IMG/VR virus record: IMGVR_UViG_2529293276_000003
Coordinates: 4,067 to 68,066 of that record
Length of the DNA: 64,000 nucleotides
Source of the DNA: a virus
Taxonomy: Duplodnaviria; Caudoviricetes
Reading direction: 5' to 3' (one strand)
Of this stretch, positions 34,842 through 42,664 are shown piece by piece. Every line of letters begins with the position of its first letter. Positions within the stretch are counted from its first letter, which is position 1. Made by a program: the position numbers and the translations under genes. Below the pieces are notes generated by a model that was not told the DNA's origin, ran no database searches, and worked only from the letters and a program-made list of their open reading frames with translations.

Positions 34842-35102
34842 ATGACAATTATCAAAGCAACCCTATACAGTTACTATGAAAAAGAGTCTATAACTTTCTA
34901 CTTTTATACTCGTAAGAGTAAGATTAAAGTAAGCAAACTTGTAGATGAAATAAGTAAACACCTGCCTATAAGTGCAGACTTCTCTAAAGAGCAATACTAC
35001 TCTAAAACAATAAAATTAGAAGAGTTATTCTACGCAAATCTAGAAAATGATGAAGGTCAATTCTTATTAACATTTGACTTGATTAACCCTACTACAATTT
35101 AA
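34842..35102 (+). CDS. Hypothetical protein
   Basis: 86 aa with RBS. Confidence 0.65.
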   Translation: MTIIKATLYSYYEKESITFYFYTRKSKIKVSKLVDEISKHLPISADFSKEQYYSKTIKLEELFYANLENDEGQFLLTFDLINPTTI

Positions 35103-35107
35103 GTGAT

Positions 35108-35133
35108 ATAAGCCTAAGGTTACTTAGGCTTAT
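35108..35133 (+). terminator. Terminator
   Basis: ATAAGCCTAAG-GTTA-CTTAGGCTTAT followed by Ts. Confidence 0.65.
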
Positions 35134-35211
35134 TTTTGATTACTTCTTGTTGTAGTTTTTGTTAGCTAAGACAGCAGTAGAAATACTACTGGCTTTCTTT
35201 ATGGAATTTGT

Positions 35212-35478
35212 ATGGAACAAAATTTTAGGTATATATGGCTATCACTCAATGACATAACTGACTCTGAAATAGATCATTTAATTGAGTTAATAGGCTTCTA
35301 CGAAAATAATTCAAAGTACATAGTTTACTATCCGTCTATGGATTTCTTCCTTTGGCAAAAAGAAGTACCTGACCTAAGTAAAGATAAACGAGACCTTGTT
35401 ACCAATTCGTTTACTGAGTTCATGGCAATAGTTAATGAGTATGTATTAAACCAAATATTAGGAATAGATTATGAATGA
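35212..35478 (+). CDS. Tandem paralog 1 (unknown family)
   Basis: C-terminal SFTEFMAIVNEYVLNQILGI. Confidence 0.75.
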   Translation: MEQNFRYIWLSLNDITDSEIDHLIELIGFYENNSKYIVYYPSMDFFLWQKEVPDLSKDKRDLVTNSFTEFMAIVNEYVLNQILGIDYE

Positions 35479-35734
35479 CAAACTTTACTCCGTAATAAAA
35501 TCCACTGATTTAAACCAAGAACATCTGGAGATATTAAAATCAGATAAAAAAATCAGTCCTTATGTTCAAAACGACGATTACATTATTTACTGCAAAACAA
35601 GAGATTACTTCTTCCTTTTTAACCTTACACCAAGTGTGCGAATACTTTCTGACATATATACGGACTCAAACCAATTTATGGAAAGAGTCGCACAATACCA
35701 ACTGAATAGCACATTAGGACTTACAGATGAGTAA
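35471..35734 (+). CDS. Tandem paralog 2
   Basis: C-terminal DSNQFMERVAQYQLNSTLGL. Confidence 0.75.
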   Translation: MNDKLYSVIKSTDLNQEHLEILKSDKKISPYVQNDDYIIYCKTRDYFFLFNLTPSVRILSDIYTDSNQFMERVAQYQLNSTLGLTDE

Positions 35735-35987
35735 CTATTATTATTACGCTATTGTAACTGATAAATTATCTAAAAAAGATTATCAGCATATTAACAATTC
35801 ATTCACTATATCTGTTAATCAACCTAATCCTACATACTTCATATATGGCTTAGAAACAAAAAGAGCTTATCTCGTTAGTTATTCATTCTCACTAGATGAT
35901 GATTTAACTATTAAGTTCTTTCCTAATCTTAAAGCCTTGATTGAAGGTATTTATACCTATCGTTTAGATAAACTAATAGGAATATAA
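35727..35987 (+). CDS. Tandem paralog 3
   Basis: C-terminal NLKALIEGIYTYRLDKLIGI. Confidence 0.75.
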   Translation: MSNYYYYAIVTDKLSKKDYQHINNSFTISVNQPNPTYFIYGLETKRAYLVSYSFSLDDDLTIKFFPNLKALIEGIYTYRLDKLIGI

Positions 35988-35988
35988 A

Positions 35989-36249
35989 ATGAGATTGCAT
36001 AGAGATCCAATTTCCATAGCTACTAATACCCTTACCAAAGAAGAAAAAGAGATTTTAGCAGAATTACTTCAGATAGATATACCTAACAACACCAAAGCTA
36101 TTGTGTACTATTTTAACCTTGATGGTGCACAATGCTTCAATTTAGAAGTTTTTGCAAGATTATATGACCTTATAGACTCACTAGATGAGTTTATAGATAT
36201 GGTGATAGAAAACAGAATGAATCTTGTGGTAGGTCTATATGCTGAATAA
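35989..36249 (+). CDS. Tandem paralog 4
   Basis: C-terminal SLDEFIDMVIENRMNLVVGL. Confidence 0.75.
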   Translation: MRLHRDPISIATNTLTKEEKEILAELLQIDIPNNTKAIVYYFNLDGAQCFNLEVFARLYDLIDSLDEFIDMVIENRMNLVVGLYAE

Positions 36250-36523
36250 TCAAATTAGGTATCTTAGTATCTTGGTAGAAAATCTGACTGAAGAAGAGAA
36301 GTCTTTACTTTGCAGAAGGGCTGTAACCCTATCATGGTCCAACCCTGAAGCTATTAAATCATTCTGCTATGTTACACGGAGTAACAATATTTACCCCTTC
36401 TGTTCAGCAACAAATGAAAAGATTGAAGGAGAATATGTTTGCTCTTCTTATCAAGAATTTAATGAATTAATTAACCTTTGGAAACTAGACAGACTATTAG
36501 GAATAAACCATGAAAGTATTTAA
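36239..36523 (+). CDS. Tandem paralog 5
   Basis: C-terminal SYQEFNELINLWKLDRLLGI. Overlaps the RNAP2 start. Confidence 0.75.
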   Translation: MLNNQIRYLSILVENLTEEEKSLLCRRAVTLSWSNPEAIKSFCYVTRSNNIYPFCSATNEKIEGEYVCSSYQEFNELINLWKLDRLLGINHESI

Positions 36524-37718
36524 TCCAATGCAGTATCTAGCCATTGATATAGCTAATCACTTTGGCTTAGATAAGTTAAATTATGAAGAGCGTATTGATT
36601 GGGTTAAAACCAATATAAATAGCCTAGAGAATATGACAGAGCAAGCAGAAGAACCTATTTTATTTGCTAAAGCAGTGCATGCTTTAAGGCAAACACAACA
36701 AGGTATACCTACAGGACATACAGTAGCATTTGATGCTACTTGTTCAGGGTTACAGCTAATGAGTCTATTAACTAACTGTAAGAGTGGAATGTCTTTAACG
36801 GGTTTGATTGACCCTAATAAGCGTTCTGATGCTTATACGCAGATTACTGAGTATATCAATTACCTGCTAAAACAAGATGGTATTGATAGTGTAGAAGTTA
36901 GTCGTAAAGATGCTAAACAAGCGATTATGACAAGCTTATATGGCAGTAAAGCTAAACCAAAAGAATTATTTGGTAAACAGTTACTACCCTACTTCTATAA
37001 AGCTATGGATGAATGTTGTACAGGTGCTATGGATTTACTATCATGGCTATTAAACTCATGGCAAGATATCCAAGTACAATCTTGGGTATTGCCTGATGGT
37101 CATACAGCATATATCCCTACGATGCAGCAAGTTACTAAAAGAGTCAGTATCAATGAGCTAAACTATACCCCAGTCGTAACTTACTATGAAAACATAGCTT
37201 CAGAGAAAGGTATTGCTAACGCTGCTAATGTTGTACACTCAGTAGATGCACTCGTATTGCGTGAATTGGTTCGTAGGTGTAACTATCACAAAGGTGAACT
37301 TAAGACATTCTTACGCTTACATACTAACGCAGAACAAACCAAACAAGTAGATGATACATTATGGATTAATGAACGATTTAAAGCCACTGGTTTCGCTTCT
37401 ATCAGCTTTATTGAAGCTATTGAATACAATAACATTACTAAGGTCTCAAACGAGCTTAGAGAAGCTCTAGCGAACATCTGTGAGCACATATTAAGTCATC
37501 CTAAGTTTGAAGTAATCACTATCCATGATTCATTTGCTTGTTCACCTGTCAATATGCAACGACTTCGTGAACATTACAATAATATCTTAGTAGAGTTATA
37601 TGAATCACACACTTTAGATGATTTACTAAGCCAAGTGTATCAAACAGAAATTACTGTCAATGTAGGAGAGAAAACATTATCAGAAACTATCCGTAATAGT
37701 AACTACGGCATTAACTAA
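36510..37718 (+). CDS. RNA polymerase II subunit 2 (N4 gp16-like)
   Basis: Motif A FDATCSGLQ, motif B RKDAKQAIMTSLYG, motif C IHDSF. Confidence 0.95.
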   Translation: MKVFNPMQYLAIDIANHFGLDKLNYEERIDWVKTNINSLENMTEQAEEPILFAKAVHALRQTQQGIPTGHTVAFDATCSGLQLMSLLTNCKSGMSLTGLIDPNKRSDAYTQITEYINYLLKQDGIDSVEVSRKDAKQAIMTSLYGSKAKPKELFGKQLLPYFYKAMDECCTGAMDLLSWLLNSWQDIQVQSWVLPDGHTAYIPTMQQVTKRVSINELNYTPVVTYYENIASEKGIANAANVVHSVDALVLRELVRRCNYHKGELKTFLRLHTNAEQTKQVDDTLWINERFKATGFASISFIEAIEYNNITKVSNELREALANICEHILSHPKFEVITIHDSFACSPVNMQRLREHYNNILVELYESHTLDDLLSQVYQTEITVNVGEKTLSETIRNSNYGIN

Positions 37719-37724
37719 CAGTAC

Positions 37725-37738
37725 CCGCCTTTGGCGGT
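37725..37738 (+). promoter_or_regulatory. CCGCC-TTT-GGCGGT hairpin, promoter or terminator
   Basis: Identical core to 12549 (reverse) and 53581. Lies 6 nt after the RNAP2 stop. Confidence 0.45.
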
Positions 37739-37789
37739 TTTGTGGCTGTTTTAAAGCCATTATGAATGAATGATTAATGTATGATCCAA

Positions 37790-37830
37790 ATGGGTAGTGA
37801 GCCAGTGGCTTGCTACCCATATTTTTTTTT
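37790..37830 (+). terminator. Strong intrinsic terminator
   Basis: ATGGGTAGTGAGCC/GGCTTGCTACCCAT stem with G-U pairs, followed by a T9 tract. Confidence 0.75.
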
Positions 37831-37959
37831 GATTTTAACCAAACCTAAAGCCTAACTACTTAAAATTCGTAAAAAAGTACTAAAGATACCCTAAACGCTA
37901 TCACTATTTTCTTGGTGCTTTTACTTGTTAATTTACATTAATAAACAGTTTAAAACAGT

Positions 37960-38133
37960 ATGAATACAACAACCTTTTTAAAGTCCCTTCCAAAAGGAAG
38001 AATTACGATTTTTCCTTCCAAAGATCCAAAGTATTGGCTCTGTGAACATATAGTAGAAGAGTTACTCACAACCTTCTATTTTGATATGGATACCCAAAAA
38101 TGGGTATTTCTTTCAGCTACTAAACTTAACTAA
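37960..38133 (+). CDS. 57-aa hypothetical protein (not in the ORF track)
   Basis: Hand-translated MNTTTFLKSLPKGRITIFP...; RBS is weak. Confidence 0.4.
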   Translation: MNTTTFLKSLPKGRITIFPSKDPKYWLCEHIVEELLTTFYFDMDTQKWVFLSATKLN

Positions 38134-38145
38134 GAAAGGTGCATT

Positions 38146-38379
38146 ATGAAACTAAACACACATGATATTAACTGGATTGTCAATGAATACCAAGCAGGAC
38201 GCACAACCCAAGAAATTGCCATTGACACTGGTATGAGTAGACAGAATGTTAAACGAGCATTAGCAGAAGCAGGTTTACTGACTTTATCTTGGTATAAAAC
38301 CAAAGAAGAAAATAAGATGCTAATTGCCTTGGCTTCTAAAGGCATTAGTAATGTAACCCAGTTGCTAGAGAGACTATAA
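38146..38379 (+). CDS. Helix-turn-helix DNA-binding protein
   Basis: YQAGRTTQEIAIDTGMSRQNVKRAL. Confidence 0.8.
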   Translation: MKLNTHDINWIVNEYQAGRTTQEIAIDTGMSRQNVKRALAEAGLLTLSWYKTKEENKMLIALASKGISNVTQLLERL

Positions 38380-38388
38380 GGAATAATT

Positions 38389-38769
38389 ATGGGCTTAGAT
38401 ACATATTTATATGCAATAGCTGAAGACAAAGATAACCGTGATGAAGAAGGTAGACGACGCTTTGAAAAGGATTTAGAAACAATTACTTATTGGCGTAAAT
38501 GTTATCCTTTATGTGATTATTTTTTATCCATGAAAAGTGATCTTCTTGATGAAGATGGGAACTATGAATACATTCCCATTACTCAAGGTGAGTTATCAGA
38601 GTTTTTAGATATAAGCCTAGACGACTACTTTAATAACTCAGTGCTGGGTGTAGATGAAGAAGATGAATACTCTAAAATGTATGATGGTGATATAGAAACG
38701 CTAAGGCAAGCTATAGACCGTATGAAACAGTTACCTAATCATAATTTCTATCTTTTTAATTGGTGGTAA
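38389..38769 (+). CDS. Conserved phage hypothetical protein (MGLD...YWRK type)
   Basis: MGLDTYLY and TYWRK motifs. Confidence 0.75.
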   Translation: MGLDTYLYAIAEDKDNRDEEGRRRFEKDLETITYWRKCYPLCDYFLSMKSDLLDEDGNYEYIPITQGELSEFLDISLDDYFNNSVLGVDEEDEYSKMYDGDIETLRQAIDRMKQLPNHNFYLFNWW

Positions 38770-38773
38770 AACT

Positions 38774-39781
38774 ATGAATATCACACTTAAGCAAGCTGAA
38801 AAGCTGATGTACCCGCTATTGAACAACAAGATTGTTCCTTTTTTACACTCCAGCCCAGCACTAGGTAAATCAAGCTTAGCTAAAACTGTTGCAGCTAAAG
38901 CCAAGTTAAAAGTCATTGATTTACGACTTACTGAACTAGACGCAAGCGACTTAAACGGTTTACCTTACTTTAATGAAGGTAAAGCACAGTATCTACCATT
39001 TAATACTTTCCCAATCCAAGGTACAGAAGTACCTGATGGGTATAATGGTTGGTTACTTCTGTTAGATGAATTAAACTCAGCATTGCCTAGCGTACAATCA
39101 GCAGCCTATAAACTGATTTTGGATAGACAAGTAGGTCAGTATAAATTACATGATGATGTTTACATTATCGCTTGTGGTAACTTAGATACAGATAATGCGA
39201 TTACCTATCCACTATCAAGTGCATTGATTTCACGATTTGCCCATTTCTACATTGAACCTAATACAAAAGAATGGACAGACTGGGCATTGGATAATGATAT
39301 TGATATTCGCATCATCTCTTTTCTTGGTTTCATGCCCAGTCATCTGTATAAGTTTAATCCTGATAGTACTGAACCCTATGCTTCACCTAGAACATATGAA
39401 ATGCTATCTAAAGTACTATCAGAACTAGAAACCATTGATACAACTCATTTACCATTACTGGCTTCATTAATTGGTGATGGTATTGCACAGGAGTTTATGC
39501 AATATCTAAAACTTGCAGATAAAGTACCTAAGCTAGAAGATATTATCAATAATCCAGAGAAGGTAGCAGTACCATCAGAGCTTGGTCTGCAATGGGCAAC
39601 CACATCGATGGTTATATCTAGTATTGATAATAGTAACTACGCTAAGTTAGAGATTTATCTAAGACGCTTCAATATGGAAATGCAAGTTGTTGCATTACGC
39701 TATATTGTTAAACAGTACCCAAACCTTGTAACTAAAACTTCAGAGTGGAGAAAAGCGTTAGCAAGTGAAATCTTTATCTAA
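38774..39781 (+). CDS. AAA+ ATPase (N4 gp24-like)
   Basis: SSPALGKS Walker A variant, LLLDELN Walker B, ACGN and ALISRF. Confidence 0.88.
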   Translation: MNITLKQAEKLMYPLLNNKIVPFLHSSPALGKSSLAKTVAAKAKLKVIDLRLTELDASDLNGLPYFNEGKAQYLPFNTFPIQGTEVPDGYNGWLLLLDELNSALPSVQSAAYKLILDRQVGQYKLHDDVYIIACGNLDTDNAITYPLSSALISRFAHFYIEPNTKEWTDWALDNDIDIRIISFLGFMPSHLYKFNPDSTEPYASPRTYEMLSKVLSELETIDTTHLPLLASLIGDGIAQEFMQYLKLADKVPKLEDIINNPEKVAVPSELGLQWATTSMVISSIDNSNYAKLEIYLRRFNMEMQVVALRYIVKQYPNLVTKTSEWRKALASEIFI

Positions 39782-39790
39782 GGATATACC

Positions 39791-40966
39791 GTGAATTTAC
39801 AGAAACTAGAAAAAGAGTTGAGTAAAGTGAAAATCATGCTGATGGGTAAACCATCAGCAGTTTTTTTAGCTTATGCAATTCTTCATGTACCTACTGTTTT
39901 TAGTAATAAAGTAGCGACAGCAGCAACGAATGGTTTACGCATTGAAATTAACCCAAAATTTTTTCAAAATTTAAACCAAGAAGAAAGACAGTTCTTATTA
40001 GCACATGAAGTCTTACATATCTTACTTAGCCATATGACACGACTAGGTACAAGAGACCAAAAGAAATTTAATATTGCTGCTGATTATGTTATTAACACAA
40101 CTTTAGTGCATCAGGGATTTACCATGATTAATGGTGGATTCTATGACAAAAAGTATCTTAATTGGTCAGTAGAGCAAGTCTATAATGACTTACCTGATGA
40201 TACCATTTCTAACCTATCTTCTAATACCAGTAATCATTCTGAAGCTGGTTTTGGTGATTCAGATATTCCTTCAAAATTAAGTACACAAGACATTATTTAT
40301 GCAGATCCTAACGAAGCTGAGAAAGTAGCACAAACAACCCAAAAAATAGCCATACAGGCTTCTTTGCAGGCTTCTATGCAAGGTGCAAGTAGTACTGTAC
40401 CCCACTGTGTACAAAGGCTATTAGATGAGCTTACAAAGCCAAAGGTAAACTGGAAAACAGTGTTAAGAAAGTATGTGTTTGACTTAGCTAAAACTGATTA
40501 TTCTTGGCATAAACCAAACAGAAGACTATTAACACATGGATACTATTTACCTTCTTTAGGTGGTAATTGTTTATCCAAGATTAGCTTTGCTATTGACACT
40601 TCAGGGTCAGTTAGCCCAAGACAATTCAATGAATTTCTAAGTGAAGTAGCCGCAGTTTTTAAACTACTAAAACCAAGAGAATTAGATATTCTGCAGTTTG
40701 ATCACGAACTACAAGACCATACAACTGTTAAATCTCTACCTCAGTTTACAACACTAAAATTTAAAGGATGCGGTGGTACTTGTCCTGAAGTTGCTGTAGA
40801 AGCTTTTATGAAAACAAACAGCAAAGCTTTATTTGTAATTACTGATGGTTATTTTTGGAATGAAGATGCTATTCCTAAACCAAGACAACCAGTAATTTGG
40901 GTAATCTTTGATAACCCAAGTTTTAAAGCACCATTTGGGAGTGTAATCCATGTCAATAGTACTTAA
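39791..40966 (+). CDS. Metallopeptidase-VWA protein (DUF2201, N4 gp25-like)
   Basis: LAHEVLH, NIAADY, MIDAS DTSGS, GGT.P. Confidence 0.9.
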   Translation: MNLQKLEKELSKVKIMLMGKPSAVFLAYAILHVPTVFSNKVATAATNGLRIEINPKFFQNLNQEERQFLLAHEVLHILLSHMTRLGTRDQKKFNIAADYVINTTLVHQGFTMINGGFYDKKYLNWSVEQVYNDLPDDTISNLSSNTSNHSEAGFGDSDIPSKLSTQDIIYADPNEAEKVAQTTQKIAIQASLQASMQGASSTVPHCVQRLLDELTKPKVNWKTVLRKYVFDLAKTDYSWHKPNRRLLTHGYYLPSLGGNCLSKISFAIDTSGSVSPRQFNEFLSEVAAVFKLLKPRELDILQFDHELQDHTTVKSLPQFTTLKFKGCGGTCPEVAVEAFMKTNSKALFVITDGYFWNEDAIPKPRQPVIWVIFDNPSFKAPFGSVIHVNST

Positions 40967-42206
40967 CAATGAACAAGAACTGGCTAAGAATGAACTGTTA
41001 GAGTTCATTCTAACGCCTAGTGAGCTTAAACAAGATAGTATCATTGTGTTATCAGGTGCAGCAGGCACGGGTAAAACAACGCTACTTAAGTCTGTCATAG
41101 ACAACTATAAAGCAATTAAAGAGTTAAATAAAATAATCAATATGCCTACCACACAAATAAGGTGGGAATTTACTGCTATGACCCATAAAGCTGCTCGTGT
41201 ATTATCGCAAGTAATTAAATTACCTGTAAATACATTACATCATGAACTTAGAATCAGACCTCTGAAATATGGGTATTATTTTTGTGGGTATGATCTATAT
41301 CTAGAACCAAGTATGGATAAGAAAATCATTGTTGTAGATGAAGCTTCTTATATAGATTCTGAAGTATTAAATTATATCTGTGAATTGGTTTCCAAAGAAC
41401 CAAAGCTACAATTTATTTTAATAGGAGATCCTTATCAATTACCGCCTGTAGGTATGGATCATGCACCTGTATTTAATGCTGGCTTTAAAACAGTACACTT
41501 AGAGCAGTCAGTTAGACAATCTAATACACCGCACTTAGCACAGACTGTAAATACACTAAGACAAGCAGCAACACAAGGTAAACTGCATATAATTAAAGCA
41601 GATAATAAAGAAGTTTTATATCTAGATAAAAAAACTTGGGATAAACAAATTATCTCAACATTTAATCAAGGTATCTCTGCTAAGGTGATTCAATATACCA
41701 ATCACCAAGTACAAGCTTCTAATAAAAAAATCAATAGACAACTTACTGGTAATCGTGAAATTAAAGTAGGTGATACTATGATTATCCATGGAAAGTTACT
41801 TGATGGCAGTATAGTCCCCTTAGATGATGAAGTAACTGTTTTAGGTATTGACGGCTATCATCCTAATGGTACATCAGAGTTACAGTTACCCTATTATGAA
41901 CTTTGTTTAGAAGATAACTCAGGCATTGTGCATCACCGATTGGTTATACAGGACCATAAAGCATATACAGGATTTGCAGCACAGCATAAGACCCTTAGAA
42001 GTGGTCCACCCTATATATGGCACTTAAGATACGCTTATGCCTGTACAGTACACAAATCCCAAGGCAGTACTTATGATGAAGTATTCATCAATTTAAACAG
42101 TTACAGATCTGTTTATAAAAATAATCCTGCCATGGCTTTGAAACTACTTTATGTTGCTGTAAGCCGTGCAAGAAACAAAGTCTATTTCACAGGAGATATT
42201 GGCTAA
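40950..42206 (+). CDS. SF1 (Dda/RecD-like) DNA helicase
   Basis: GAAGTGKT, VVDEAS, IGDPYQLPPV, YACTVHKSQGSTY, YVAVSRA. Confidence 0.93.
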   Translation: MSIVLNNEQELAKNELLEFILTPSELKQDSIIVLSGAAGTGKTTLLKSVIDNYKAIKELNKIINMPTTQIRWEFTAMTHKAARVLSQVIKLPVNTLHHELRIRPLKYGYYFCGYDLYLEPSMDKKIIVVDEASYIDSEVLNYICELVSKEPKLQFILIGDPYQLPPVGMDHAPVFNAGFKTVHLEQSVRQSNTPHLAQTVNTLRQAATQGKLHIIKADNKEVLYLDKKTWDKQIISTFNQGISAKVIQYTNHQVQASNKKINRQLTGNREIKVGDTMIIHGKLLDGSIVPLDDEVTVLGIDGYHPNGTSELQLPYYELCLEDNSGIVHHRLVIQDHKAYTGFAAQHKTLRSGPPYIWHLRYAYACTVHKSQGSTYDEVFINLNSYRSVYKNNPAMALKLLYVAVSRARNKVYFTGDIG

Positions 42207-42664
42207 TGGCAAATACAAGAGATAGAGTTCATCTAGGTATTAAGATTGTAAGGGAGATTTTAAATCCCTTACTTAAACAAAAAAATGACATCTTAACCCA
42301 GTTATTAGATAAGCATTTTGAAAGCACTGGGTCAAGAATTGCAATTTATAAAGGGGAGATCATTGCTCATAATACACAGAGTAAAGATCCCCCTAAATTA
42401 TTGCATGAATCATTAGCAGGTTATGTGGATTCCCTACATGAGACTGAAGACCGCTACAATAGTTATTTTATACAGATGAGTAGGTATATTACTCAACAGA
42501 CTCGTACACACCCCAATGAAACAGTATTTCATTTCTTTCCAGTAGAAGTATTTCAAGAATTTGCGTGTAGACCACCAGATGTTAAGCGTACTGATGAACA
42601 CATTCCTGAATTTCTCAAAGAAATTATTGCAGAAATGAAACTATTAAGGAGTTTATATGCTTAG
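42206..42664 (+). CDS. Hypothetical protein
   Basis: 152 aa, coupled between the helicase and polymerase genes. Confidence 0.75.
   Translation: MANTRDRVHLGIKIVREILNPLLKQKNDILTQLLDKHFESTGSRIAIYKGEIIAHNTQSKDPPKLLHESLAGYVDSLHETEDRYNSYFIQMSRYITQQTRTHPNETVFHFFPVEVFQEFACRPPDVKRTDEHIPEFLKEIIAEMKLLRSLYA

Noticed and set aside
38146-38379. HTH protein as the lysogeny repressor
   Set aside because: It sits inside the lytic middle operon, has no S24 peptidase domain and no divergent promoter. Not excluded, but unsupported.
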